DNA of 64,000 nt from Paenibacillus foliorum (GCF_013141765.1 NZ_WHOD01000062.1:18696-82695), one strand, 5' to 3'; shown: positions 49,396 to 59,416, numbered from the stretch's first letter. Notes: a model not told the origin generated them from the sequence alone. Numbers and translations are program-made.

Positions 49396-50787
49396 ATGTT
49401 TTTGCAGCTGGCATACTTTGGAGCTATATTTTGGTTCGGATTATATATCTTTAATAGGGATACTAGAAATGTTCGTTTAGTCCTCGCTGGGCTCGGTTTG
49501 TTTGTTCACTCTTGGGGTTTAGGTACAGCCCTGTTGTTGCCTTATGCTCAAGGAGATCTTCAAAGCATGATATTGTTAAAGGTTCAAGACATCGCACTAT
49601 TTCTGCCCTTGATATTGTGGTTGGGTGTTATCATTTCCTATACTTTCGAAAACGAAGGCAAGCATAATGTTCTATGGACTATTTGGAAATATGGAGCACT
49701 GGCACTGGCTCTATTTAGCAGTATCTGGCTGCTATGCGTTATGACTCCAAACGTTTATGCAATCACTTATCAAGCGATTGTATGCATCATTCTTTTCGTC
49801 ACAATCACCCTTTCTCTGTGGGGAGCCATTTCTTACGGAGCAAAGATTCCGGGAACGGGAATCCATCACACATTATTGTATCTGCCGCTTATTTTATTTG
49901 CCTGTATGACCGTTTTGATACTCGTCTCACAGGATGGCTCATGGAAATTATGGGGTTACGTCGGAAACGGCATCGGGCTGCTGCTGTTTGCATCCTGCGT
50001 CATGGTAACTGAAATTAAGAACCAAGGGGAATCTTGGCTGCCTGATTTTTTCCGTTCGTTTGATTACTCTGTGTTTTTTACGCTACTTTTTTCCGGACAG
50101 GTGGCTCTGGTCATTCAGTGGGGTATAGGTTTTAACTTTAAGATGGTTACGTTACTCTTAATCAGCATCGCCGTGTCCATATCGTTCCAAGTGTTTGCGT
50201 ATCCGATTCGGACCCTTCTGGATAACATTGCATTCATGACTTTCCCCAGGCTCCGCCAAGCGCGTTCACGTTTAAGACTCGAGGAGAGCATTCAAGTTAT
50301 TGTAGACGAAGAATCGGTACCTGAAGAGATGAATGAGGAGGATTTATATCGTTTCACGCGGCGAGCCTTAAGCCATATTGGCGACTTTCAACGACTAGCA
50401 TCAAATCCGTTGACACAATTGAAATGGATAGATACGCGATTACAGGAGCGTGGTGCAACAAATGAGGTGCTTGAGCGGGCAATTGAGTTAAAGTCCGTGT
50501 TATTGGAAATCATCCATCAATTAAAGCCGCGTGGAGATGAGGAATTCGGCACTACCGATGAATGGAGATATTTCAACGTGCTCTACTTCCCATATATTGT
50601 AGGCATCAAGCCTTATAGCCTGCGTTATTCGTCTGAGCATTTGGATGCCCCGTCAAGAGCCGCTTTGGAATGGTTCCGCACAAATGTGCCCGAGCGCACC
50701 TTGTATAATTGGCAAAATGCTGGCGCGAGAGTTATCGCGTTGAGCTTGAAAGATAGGGCCTCAGTTAATTTTTTGAAAAGTAAATAA
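49396..50787 (+). CDS. Polytopic membrane protein (7-8 TM) with a ~200-aa cytoplasmic C-terminal domain of unknown function (possible HTH-like end)
   Basis: The N-terminal 260 aa are hydrophobic helices. The C-terminal region is acidic then basic (ALEWFRTNVPERTLYNWQNAGARVIALSLK). Confidence 0.5.
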   Translation: MFLQLAYFGAIFWFGLYIFNRDTRNVRLVLAGLGLFVHSWGLGTALLLPYAQGDLQSMILLKVQDIALFLPLILWLGVIISYTFENEGKHNVLWTIWKYGALALALFSSIWLLCVMTPNVYAITYQAIVCIILFVTITLSLWGAISYGAKIPGTGIHHTLLYLPLILFACMTVLILVSQDGSWKLWGYVGNGIGLLLFASCVMVTEIKNQGESWLPDFFRSFDYSVFFTLLFSGQVALVIQWGIGFNFKMVTLLLISIAVSISFQVFAYPIRTLLDNIAFMTFPRLRQARSRLRLEESIQVIVDEESVPEEMNEEDLYRFTRRALSHIGDFQRLASNPLTQLKWIDTRLQERGATNEVLERAIELKSVLLEIIHQLKPRGDEEFGTTDEWRYFNVLYFPYIVGIKPYSLRYSSEHLDAPSRAALEWFRTNVPERTLYNWQNAGARVIALSLKDRASVNFLKSK

Positions 50788-50799
50788 CGATTCCTGCGT

Positions 50800-50855
50800 G
50801 GCGGTCATCCCCTATCATTTTTTGGGGGAATGATCGCCATTTTTTCTGTTTTTAA
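50800..50855 (+). terminator. Putative terminator after the membrane protein gene
   Basis: Imperfect GGCGGTCATCCCC...GGGGAATGATCGCC hairpin followed by ATTTTTTCTG. Confidence 0.35.
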
Positions 50856-50961
50856 TGAAATTGGCAGTGAAAGGCAGTGAAATGTATGGGTTTGGCAGTG
50901 CTTTGTGGGTTAAGATCGGTCCTGTAAAGCAGCCAAACAAACCCATTAGGAGGAATATCCC

Positions 50962-51435
50962 ATGTCTCAAGCCAGCATCCAAACCGCATTAACTGTACGT
51001 CAGCTTGTCATTAGTTCCGTTCAAGCAATTCCCGAGGAGCTGTTCGATACGCAGCCGGGAGGAGCTAGCAATACTATCAGATGGAATATCGGTCATCAGA
51101 TCACTATGCTGAATTGGTTCTTAGCTTCGAGCGTACCGCTTGCTTACCAGCTGCCGGATGCTTACAACCATTTATTCATGAGCGGATCGAAACCAGCCGA
51201 CTGGACAGCAGCTCCACCTACCAAAGAAGAGCTGCTCCAACAATTATCGGCACAATATGACAGTCTGTTGAAAGTATCCCCAGTGACTCTAAATGAGACG
51301 CTGAATCCTCCGTTTGCCATGGGGCCCTTGGAGTTCAAAACAGCAGCTGAAGTATTCAACTTCGCCTTTATCCACGAGGCCGTACATTTGGGTGTGATTT
51401 CAGGTCTAGTTAAGCAAATTACCTATAAACCGTGA
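50962..51435 (+). CDS. DinB-family (DinB_2-like) protein
   Basis: 157 aa; a helical bundle with an IGHQITMLNWFL motif resembling DinB/YfiT proteins. Confidence 0.5.
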   Translation: MSQASIQTALTVRQLVISSVQAIPEELFDTQPGGASNTIRWNIGHQITMLNWFLASSVPLAYQLPDAYNHLFMSGSKPADWTAAPPTKEELLQQLSAQYDSLLKVSPVTLNETLNPPFAMGPLEFKTAAEVFNFAFIHEAVHLGVISGLVKQITYKP

Positions 51436-51585
51436 GATCATGGTTGATCGGTGTACTTCATTAACACCGCCGACAGTTACGAGCCCTATATGACTTTCAA
51501 GTAACTATATGAGTTCAAAGTGCGTACTTCTCAAACTTCCTCCTCTACCCTACAATAACCATAATAAGAAGAGGAGGAATACCCT

Positions 51586-52005
51586 ATGAAACCAGAAGAA
51601 ACTAAAACACAAAAAACAGCTCTTGTAGTTGGTGCTAACGGAGTGATCGGACGGAATCTCATCGATTATCTGATGACGCTACCCGAGTGGAATATCATTG
51701 GAATTTCGCGGCGTGGTGGAGAAGACTCTAGCCAATTGCGGTACGTGGCGGTAGATCTGCTTAATGAAGAGGATACCCACGCGAAGCTGGGCAACCTAAC
51801 CGAAGTCACCCATATCTTCTACGGCGCTTATCAAGATCGCCCAACATGGGCCGAACTGGTTCCGCCAAACTTGGCCATGCTCGTAAACGTGGTCAATGCG
51901 ATCGAACCGATCGCCCCGAACCTCCAGCATATTAGTCTGATGCAAGGCTACAAGGAGTATGGCGCGCATCTTGGTCCCTTCACCATAGACCCCACCTACT
52001 TGTGA
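51586..52005 (+). pseudogene. Truncated NAD-dependent epimerase/dehydratase (SDR-extended) gene, N-terminal 139 aa only
   Basis: Rossmann motif VVGANGVIGRNL. The ORF ends after 139 aa where the vanZ gene abuts; full-length homologues are about 350 aa. Confidence 0.5.
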
Positions 52006-52033
52006 TACGCTTCTTCTTTACTCGGTATGACGG

Positions 52034-52561
52034 CTAAATAGCAGTCCTATCCCTATCTTGGATAACGCTTAACATAACTACCGTAAACTTAGTGTAAAAC
52101 TTGAAAACACCATAGCCAAGCAAGCCCCCAGATACGTTTAGAATGAGATCATCAACATCAAAGCTTCCGATAGAAAAAACGACCTGTAAGCATTCCAAGC
52201 ATAAGCTTAAGCCCAATGATCGAGTGAACACACCAATGAGTGACATCCTTTGATTATTGGACATTAATAAAAGGAAAATTCCGTACGGCATGAATACCGC
52301 GATATTCCCAAACAAATTGATTAGATCATGGCTGGACAGACCTTGTATGTTATTGGATATGGATTCGAGTGGAACAAAATTCGCTAATTGCAATCGAGTC
52401 TTGATATGAACAGGGTTTTCCAAATTTCTCTGAAGCTGATGCCAAAGGAAGGGTATATCTATTGAACCGAACTTAAATAGAATGACCTTAAATACTGCAT
52501 ACACATACAAAGCAAATAGGGCTGGTACCATAATACCATTCATTAATTTCGATTTTTTCAC
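52034..52561 (-). CDS. vanZ: VanZ-family membrane protein
   Basis: Five TM helices with VanZ-like conserved blocks (NFVPLESI...GNIAVFMPYGIFL...DVDDLILNVSGGLLGY). Confidence 0.8.
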   Translation of the reverse strand: MKKSKLMNGIMVPALFALYVYAVFKVILFKFGSIDIPFLWHQLQRNLENPVHIKTRLQLANFVPLESISNNIQGLSSHDLINLFGNIAVFMPYGIFLLLMSNNQRMSLIGVFTRSLGLSLCLECLQVVFSIGSFDVDDLILNVSGGLLGYGVFKFYTKFTVVMLSVIQDRDRTAI

Positions 52562-52598
52562 TCCGCATCCTCACCTTCTTGAGACTCTTGCATGCACA

Positions 52599-53492
52599 TC
52601 ATGGAATCACGGTCACAATGACGCCATCCATGTTGTTGCCTGACACCTCAAAGCGACTATTGCTTGGCACAAGAAGGGTCGTGTTTTTGGAAATAGGATA
52701 ATAAGAGATCTCGTATTTCTTACCATCAACCGTAGTTGAAATAGTCTTTTTTTCTTTCAGGAAATCCAAATATTGCTCCAAAGACAGATTCTTTTGCTGC
52801 ATAATCACGCTGTGCGGCAAACCAACATAGCGAAAATGCCAGGGTTCATACTGAATACCTGTGATGGCCGTTTTGTCCTTGGGATAACGTAAAATAAATC
52901 CGTATTTCCACGCATGTTTCTCCAGCCACTTTCCTTCAGGCGCTTGATTCATCTCCATTTGAGAAGATCCGATATCAAGGGATAAACCTAAGTTATGTTC
53001 GCTGTAGCCCGCCGGCAAAGCATAATCTGCACCTATTTCTTTATAAAGCTGGCTTTGTTCTTTGGTGTCCCGATAACCGCTGCTAATCAAAAAATGCCGA
53101 ACCCCATCTTTTTCAGCAGCCTGGATCATTGTTGAAAATGTTTGAGCCACACTTTGTGATAACCGGATTGTGTTATCCAGCAGACCATAACCCTTTACCA
53201 GCTCCTTATGCTGAGCCAGCTTGACCACATCTGATTTTATACCCAATTGATGTATAGGATACTCCTTATTAACCAATATTAGATTTCCTTGATAAATCTG
53301 ATCTCTTTCCACTTTCACCGTTAGATCCTTCTTTTGGGATGTCACCTCTTGGGCGACAGGGTCTGCTTTACCTTGGTCCTCGTTTGGGACTTCCGATTTC
53401 TGTTGAATAGCTTCATAACCTAGCAGCAAAAGTAGGACAAGCCAAAAAACCCACTTCTTCATCCTCAGTTTCCTCCTTAACCTTGCATGCAT
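52599..53492 (-). CDS. vanY: D-Ala-D-Ala carboxypeptidase VanY (M15B peptidase), membrane anchored
   Basis: N-terminal TM anchor; zinc-site motifs SGYRD...EHNLGLSLDI...EPWHFRYVG. Confidence 0.85.
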   Translation of the reverse strand: MHARLRRKLRMKKWVFWLVLLLLLGYEAIQQKSEVPNEDQGKADPVAQEVTSQKKDLTVKVERDQIYQGNLILVNKEYPIHQLGIKSDVVKLAQHKELVKGYGLLDNTIRLSQSVAQTFSTMIQAAEKDGVRHFLISSGYRDTKEQSQLYKEIGADYALPAGYSEHNLGLSLDIGSSQMEMNQAPEGKWLEKHAWKYGFILRYPKDKTAITGIQYEPWHFRYVGLPHSVIMQQKNLSLEQYLDFLKEKKTISTTVDGKKYEISYYPISKNTTLLVPSNSRFEVSGNNMDGVIVTVIP

Positions 53493-53559
53493 TCAGGATA
53501 AGGAAAAGTATTTAAATAAAGAGTGGGGCAAATATAAAATTTTTCTTAAATTTCTTAAA

Positions 53560-54645
53560 TTATCGCGGTAAACGCACTTCAAAGAGCGTACGAATCAAGC
53601 TGCTTTGGACGGAAATTATTCCACTATGTTGCTCCACAATATTCTTCGCAATAAACAAGCCGAGGCCTGTGCTTCCCCCTTGATGAGTTCGAGCCCGATC
53701 CCCGGTATAAAACATATCAAACAGATGTGGCAGCTCTTCCTGGGGAATACTGTCGCCATAATTGACTACTTGAACCACCGCATATCCTGCATCAAGCTGG
53801 CAGTTGATATCTACAAACTGGCCGTCTTTTCCATAACGAGTGGCATTAGTCAGAAGATTTTCAAATACACGTGCCAACAACTCACCGTCACCCCAAATAT
53901 CCAAATGTGGAGTTATAGTCAATCTAGTAATCAGTTGATTTTTCTCAAAAACAGGATACAATTCTTCATTTATTTGGATGAGAAGTTCACTCAGATCGAT
54001 TTGTTTTTTCTCAATTGTTAGCATCCCGTAGTTCATTCTAGTGATTTCAAATAGTTCATCAATCAGCTTTTCCAGGCGTCGAGACTTGGTGAAAGCAATG
54101 GTCGTATAATGTTTGATTTGTTCCGTAGTCAATTGATCGTCCTGAAGAATAAAATCTAAATAGCCTAACACAGAAGTCAGCGGCGTACGCAAATCGTGAG
54201 CTAAATTCAAGACCAGCTGGTCCTTGCTGCTTTCTGCAAAATCCCCTCTTTCTACCGCCTTTTGCAGCTTTTCACTTGCCACATTAATGTCTTCCGCAAT
54301 ATCCTGGAACTCGTCATTGGATAAAATTTGAACGCGGCTTTTAAAATCGCCATTAGCAAGACGATGAATGCCCGTCGATATTTCATTAAAATAAGTTGCA
54401 TACGGTTTGGTGAGGAAAAAGAAAAACAAAATGGCAAGCGGAATAAAAATAATCAAAAAGAAATTAAGATCCCCAAAGTTGTATATGATGTGGCGAAACT
54501 TAGCTAATGAATCTTCAGCCCGAACTCCCTCATAATAAAGCTGAAGAACTTTATAGAGTGCAAAGGTGATAATACCGGACAACAGCATACTTAAGCCTAA
54601 TAATACAATCATTTTAGATCGAAAGCTTCGCAGCATTTTAGCCAT
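53560..54645 (-). CDS. VanS-like two-TM sensor histidine kinase
   Basis: Two TM segments with a short extracytoplasmic loop, HAMP, H-box LAHDLRTPLTSV, N and G boxes (TGLGLFIAKNIVE). Overlaps the response regulator gene. Confidence 0.85.
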   Translation of the reverse strand: MAKMLRSFRSKMIVLLGLSMLLSGIITFALYKVLQLYYEGVRAEDSLAKFRHIIYNFGDLNFFLIIFIPLAILFFFFLTKPYATYFNEISTGIHRLANGDFKSRVQILSNDEFQDIAEDINVASEKLQKAVERGDFAESSKDQLVLNLAHDLRTPLTSVLGYLDFILQDDQLTTEQIKHYTTIAFTKSRRLEKLIDELFEITRMNYGMLTIEKKQIDLSELLIQINEELYPVFEKNQLITRLTITPHLDIWGDGELLARVFENLLTNATRYGKDGQFVDINCQLDAGYAVVQVVNYGDSIPQEELPHLFDMFYTGDRARTHQGGSTGLGLFIAKNIVEQHSGIISVQSSLIRTLFEVRLPR

Positions 54646-55333
54646 TGAATGTATATCCCACCCCCCAAACGGTTTTGATCAATTTGTTTTTATTTTTATC
54701 TTCACCAAGTTTTTTCCGTAGGGTACGGATATGCACCATGACCGTGTTTCCACTTTCATAGTATGCTTCGCCCCACACTTGTTGGAAAATATTTTCCACA
54801 CTAAAGACTTTCTTGGAATGCGCCACTAGCAGATATAGAATATCAAACTCTTTCGGTGTTAGCTCGATGTTTTCGCCATATAGGATTACTGTCCGTTGAT
54901 CAGGATCAATGGTCAATCCACCGGTTTCCAGTACTAACTTATTTTCTGTTGTCGGTTGGTTCAAAAGCATGGACCGCCGCAGCTGAGCATTCACCCGAGC
55001 GACCAATTCCATAGGGTTGAACGGTTTGGTCATATAATCATCGGCCCCCATCACCAATCCCGTTATCTTATCCAAGTCAGATGATTTGGCACTCAAAAAA
55101 ATAATCGGCATATGATGCTGTTCTCGGATTTGACGGGTCACTTCATAACCATCTAGCTTGGGCATCATGATATCTAAAATCGCCAAATCAATCGATTGAG
55201 ATTGAATCGCATGAATAGCCTCTCTCCCATCGGATACTTTGATAAGATGGTATCCTTCTTTTTCTAAATGCAACGCTATCAGGTCCGCAATCTCCGCCTC
55301 ATCATCAGCGATTAAAATCGTGGTACGCTTCAT
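54638..55333 (-). CDS. OmpR/PhoB-family response regulator (VanR-like)
   Basis: Receiver domain (ILIADDEAEI...LAILDIMMPKLDGY) plus a winged-helix trans_reg_C domain (VWGVGYTF). Confidence 0.9.
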   Translation of the reverse strand: MKRTTILIADDEAEIADLIALHLEKEGYHLIKVSDGREAIHAIQSQSIDLAILDIMMPKLDGYEVTRQIREQHHMPIIFLSAKSSDLDKITGLVMGADDYMTKPFNPMELVARVNAQLRRSMLLNQPTTENKLVLETGGLTIDPDQRTVILYGENIELTPKEFDILYLLVAHSKKVFSVENIFQQVWGEAYYESGNTVMVHIRTLRKKLGEDKNKNKLIKTVWGVGYTFNG

Positions 55334-55477
55334 CCATATCCCGCTCCTGTATAAAAATAACCTTGACTACATTTATATTCAGTTCATTCTTATTCTACCC
55401 GATTCAGCCTTTTTTCGCCCCTCTATTAATTGAAATTATTACTAGAAAGAGTGGTCCAAAAACTTAAAAAGGGCAAC

Positions 55478-55510
55478 CTCGGAAGTATAGGTGTGCCCTT
55501 TAGTGTCCGT
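55478..55510 (-). terminator. Putative terminator downstream of the glycosidase gene
   Basis: AAGGGCA-loop-TGCCCTT, with an A-run on the plus-strand side (a T-run for the minus-strand transcript). Confidence 0.35.
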
Positions 55511-55562
55511 TTAACTTTTTTGAAAATTTCGCCCTACTTATGGTAAACTTCCCCGTAACTTC

Positions 55563-57023
55563 TTAATCACTTGCCAAATTCACATAAGCATACAACTGTG
55601 CCCATAGTCCAAGTCCCATTTGTGAGCAAACCCGGTACCCACCGCGCTGCAGATCCATACCGCCTGCATTATGCTGGGCAACTCCCGTCAGAATCCCGTC
55701 CGGCGTTAAATAGGAGGACAGCTCCAGCAAATTATGCTTCGCGATCTCCATATAAGAAGCCGGTAATAAATTGCGGCCGGCAGCCAAAGCTAGTGCCGCA
55801 GAGATTCCTGCAGAGCCGGAAGTATCAATTCCGGTTGCTGCATCATCCAAGAAGCAAGACCACAGCCCGCTTGGCTGTCTCCAATCTGTTACAGCCTGTG
55901 CAATGCGGGTAATCTCGGCCTCTAGCTCGGCAATCCCTGCCAGACTCGCAAAAGGGGAATCTTTAAGCTCACTGCAGGTTTTGACTAGACCTAAGCAATA
56001 CCATGAGAAAGCCCTGGCCCAGCTGCGGAACGTGTGCTCTTGAGAGCGCTGCAGATAACGCAGATAGACATGCTGATCCCGTGCCAGGAAATCCCGACGA
56101 AGCAGCACCTGTGCAATGGCCTGCTCAGCCATATCCCGGCGCTCAAGATGTCTCGCCATAACGGCAAGTGGATAAGCCACGGTATAAGAGCCTTCTGCCG
56201 ACACCATGTCTTCATCCATGATAGCCCCACCGCCCTTAAGACCTCTAGCCTCAAAAAACTCAACGGCTTTATGAATCACAGGATGGTCAGGCCGGTATTT
56301 CGTAATAACGGCAAGCGGCAGGGTCGCTTCAATCGTAGTAAACGTACCGTCAGCCTTGTGACCGTGTAGATCCTCATAAAGCAAATCACCATGGTCATTA
56401 AAAAACTGACGGAAATGCAAATCCAGAACGGGATCCACACGATCCGCCCCCAGAAGTGGCCGCAAGCTGTGCAGTCCGTCCAGAACACAGCCCTCCATCC
56501 AGCCAAAAGGCTGCAGGGAGTGGTGCGAAAGCATTGTATTCAAGGCTTCCTCTACTCGTGATTCCGGTTCTCCCACGACAAGATGGGGGGTAAAAAACAC
56601 GCGCTCCTCTGCCTCATTAAGGGAATCAAAAATCCATAAAGGCTGCTTCCCGTCTTTTAGCTCCAGCCGTAATCCCCCAGCCAGTGCCGCGGCGGTCTGC
56701 TCAGCGGTAAGGAGTATTTCGAACGGTTGAAATACATAGGCGTAGCGAATGTCAACGGTCCCGATAAGCTCATTCGACTGGAGAAGAGTCACTTCAACCC
56801 GCCGGGCATCCCGATAATCTAAAGCAACCGTAATCCGCAAACGGCTGCTTTGTCCCGCTGTCTGCTTGAGATGCCCGGCATTCGTCCGCCACTTCAATTC
56901 CATCCGGTCCTGGCCTTCTCCTAGATATACCGCACTCCAGCCTCTGGAGATGTGTTTACCTTCAGGCAATACAGCCGTAGAAGTCTTTACTGCCTGGGCG
57001 GGCAAATATGTTACCTGTCCCAT
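55563..57023 (-). CDS. Putative (alpha/alpha)6-barrel glycoside hydrolase, GH88/GH105-like (unsaturated glycuronyl hydrolase-type); assignment tentative
   Basis: 486 aa, cytoplasmic, with helical-repeat composition and conserved Trp/Asp/His blocks reminiscent of six-hairpin glycosidases. It is flanked by a sugar-sensing AraC regulator and a sugar ABC operon. Confidence 0.4.
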   Translation of the reverse strand: MGQVTYLPAQAVKTSTAVLPEGKHISRGWSAVYLGEGQDRMELKWRTNAGHLKQTAGQSSRLRITVALDYRDARRVEVTLLQSNELIGTVDIRYAYVFQPFEILLTAEQTAAALAGGLRLELKDGKQPLWIFDSLNEAEERVFFTPHLVVGEPESRVEEALNTMLSHHSLQPFGWMEGCVLDGLHSLRPLLGADRVDPVLDLHFRQFFNDHGDLLYEDLHGHKADGTFTTIEATLPLAVITKYRPDHPVIHKAVEFFEARGLKGGGAIMDEDMVSAEGSYTVAYPLAVMARHLERRDMAEQAIAQVLLRRDFLARDQHVYLRYLQRSQEHTFRSWARAFSWYCLGLVKTCSELKDSPFASLAGIAELEAEITRIAQAVTDWRQPSGLWSCFLDDAATGIDTSGSAGISAALALAAGRNLLPASYMEIAKHNLLELSSYLTPDGILTGVAQHNAGGMDLQRGGYRVCSQMGLGLWAQLYAYVNLASD

Positions 57024-57035
57024 CCTTATCGCCCC

Positions 57036-59342
57036 CTATTTGAATTGCTCACGATACTGGCTCGGCGTAATCTGTACGATCTTTTTAAAATTTCGATTGA
57101 AATTCGAGGCCGTGCTGTAATGAAGCTTTTCTGCGATATCCGAAATCTTCATGTCCGTTTCCATTAGCCAGCGCTTCGCGATTTCGATTCGATAATTCGA
57201 TAAATATTCGGAGAAATTAACGCCTGTGTCCTTTTTAAATACACGGCTAATATAGCTTGGATGGTAATGAAGACGTGCCGCAAACATTTCGATGCTTAAA
57301 TCCTGATCATAATATTGCTCAATATCCGAAATAATCAACATCGATATGTTCACCTGCTGCTTAAGTTGACGTTCCTCCATCCAAGTCAGAAGGGGCCTTA
57401 CAACCTGCTTCCACAACCAAGCCTCGATCTGCTCGGCTGTATGCATTCGCACTAACATTTCCGAGTAGAAAGTCTCCTTTTCGAAAACCTCCTGCACCGA
57501 CACTCCCGCATCCTGTACCAGGCCTGTTAAGTTATTAAATAACCGACCTATAAAATGCTGATAATCATAATGATTAATAGGATTTTCGAAAAAATAGACT
57601 ATGATGGCATGCAGCCTTTCTTGTGTCTGCTCATGATTAGATTGCTTGATGGCCTCCATAATTTGAAATTCCAGCTCTTTGGGATAACGGAACGTCTGCT
57701 CAGAGACAGGCTCCACTTCATTGATGAATAGAATCGACTCTGAGCCGAGCCTCACACGATAAGTAAGTGCATCAAGGCTTTCTTGATGTGCGAGCGGTGC
57801 ATAAATAAAGTTCGTGTACCTTCTGCTAATTCCAATACTTATTTTTAGATTCAAATAACCTTTGACGTTTTTACGGATCTCCTCGGTTCTATTGAACACC
57901 TGCACATTAAATGGCGTATCCTCATCCAAACCGCCACCAAGGATCAGAACGAGTCCCTGGCTTTGGATAATAGGACTTAGACGCATGGACTGAGGTACCA
58001 GCTCCTCGATCATATTGCGAATTGCAAAGAGCATGAGGTCAATATCCTTATCTCTGTATTGCGTTCCCTCCAAGGTATCGATTTGAATCGCCAGTACACA
58101 CCATTGATCCCAATTGGCTGGAAAGTCATGCTGCTCGAGCTGCTCGACAATCGAATCCAGTTTCATATCACCCAACAGTAGCTTGAATACAAAAAATTCA
58201 CGAGTCTGATTATGCAGTTGCTCGATCTGGCCCTTTAGCCTTGTACTTGACTGTGCCAGCTTAACCAAATGCTCACTGATATATTTCAGCTCATTATTTT
58301 GCTTCTGCTTGCCGTCCAGCTGTATCGAGCGGTAAATCCGATTTATCGGCAAATAAAGCCGGTGGGAAACGATGAAGGAACTCGTGATAACGAGTACGAT
58401 CAAAATGGCCGCAAAAATAATCGTATAGAGCTTAATTGCGTCTGATTTACTCATCAAATGCTCTAAAGGTGTAATCGAGACATAAATCCAGTTGTTGTAT
58501 AAGGCATGATTATAATGAACAGCATACTTCTGTTCCTGCTGCTCATAGAAAAAAAAGCCTTCCTGTTCTCCACTGTTTATAATTTGCTGATAATACGCCT
58601 CTGCTTGCACACTACTTCCAATATCCCTCGTCTTCAAGCTCGCAAGCACTGCTCCTGTATCATCCAAAATCAACGTGTTGCCTGGTTCGGCATCACCCGT
58701 AAGGCGCTTGCTAAGCTCTTGCAGGGGTACATTGACCGTAATGATGCCATCAGGATTAATCGCATTCAATGGAATATGCTTAATCAGCTTCAAAACATAC
58801 CCCGACTTTTCATCCTGAATAAGCTTCCAATAGGAGCGGCGTGAATCATCCCGATATGCCTTCAGCAGCGAGTGCAAATTAGATAAATAAGCATCATGCT
58901 TCTCAATTAAAGGCCGGTCCTTCATCGGATATACAGCGCCGCCCTCAACGATCCAATCCCGTCGATAGCTCATCAAATGAACATCTTGAATTCCTAACTC
59001 AAACACTTGAATCTGAACGAGCTCATAGATCAGTTTATTAAAAACATCTTGATACTCGTAATTAAAAGGATAGTCCAGCACCGTCTGCATCGAGACTGCA
59101 TTCGTCGTGACAGCCCCGCTAATGGTTTGTGTCGTTAAAGTATCAATGGTCTTGAGCAGGTATTCTACTTTTTCTTTGTTCTGCTTCAGGATAAGGCGCT
59201 TGCTGGACGCTACCTCTTCTTGCAAAATCGTAGAGGATTTATTATAAGACAGATAGCCTAACAGCATAATGGGAAATATCCCGATGATGCAGCTGAGCAG
59301 CACTAAGTTTTTGAAAAAGCTGGACGTCCGCAATATTCTCAT
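57036..59342 (-). CDS. Membrane-anchored one-component AraC-family regulator (TM, periplasmic Cache-like sensor, TM, cytoplasmic linker, AraC HTH)
   Basis: Two TM helices bracket a ~270-aa extracytoplasmic domain. The C-terminal AraC double HTH reads ISDIAEKLHYSTASNFNRNFKKIVQITPSQYRE. Length 768 aa. Confidence 0.8.
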   Translation of the reverse strand: MRILRTSSFFKNLVLLSCIIGIFPIMLLGYLSYNKSSTILQEEVASSKRLILKQNKEKVEYLLKTIDTLTTQTISGAVTTNAVSMQTVLDYPFNYEYQDVFNKLIYELVQIQVFELGIQDVHLMSYRRDWIVEGGAVYPMKDRPLIEKHDAYLSNLHSLLKAYRDDSRRSYWKLIQDEKSGYVLKLIKHIPLNAINPDGIITVNVPLQELSKRLTGDAEPGNTLILDDTGAVLASLKTRDIGSSVQAEAYYQQIINSGEQEGFFFYEQQEQKYAVHYNHALYNNWIYVSITPLEHLMSKSDAIKLYTIIFAAILIVLVITSSFIVSHRLYLPINRIYRSIQLDGKQKQNNELKYISEHLVKLAQSSTRLKGQIEQLHNQTREFFVFKLLLGDMKLDSIVEQLEQHDFPANWDQWCVLAIQIDTLEGTQYRDKDIDLMLFAIRNMIEELVPQSMRLSPIIQSQGLVLILGGGLDEDTPFNVQVFNRTEEIRKNVKGYLNLKISIGISRRYTNFIYAPLAHQESLDALTYRVRLGSESILFINEVEPVSEQTFRYPKELEFQIMEAIKQSNHEQTQERLHAIIVYFFENPINHYDYQHFIGRLFNNLTGLVQDAGVSVQEVFEKETFYSEMLVRMHTAEQIEAWLWKQVVRPLLTWMEERQLKQQVNISMLIISDIEQYYDQDLSIEMFAARLHYHPSYISRVFKKDTGVNFSEYLSNYRIEIAKRWLMETDMKISDIAEKLHYSTASNFNRNFKKIVQITPSQYREQFK

Positions 59343-59416
59343 GTTGTCCCCTCACTCTTGCCCATAGTACCTTTCACAACCCATCATACCATACTAACCT
59401 TTTGAGGGAAGCTGAG

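Noticed and set aside
52034-55333. Calling the region a full vancomycin-resistance operon.
   Set aside because: No D-Ala-D-Lac/Ser ligase, VanH or VanX is present in the window. Only the regulatory and accessory vanRS-Y-Z genes are supported.
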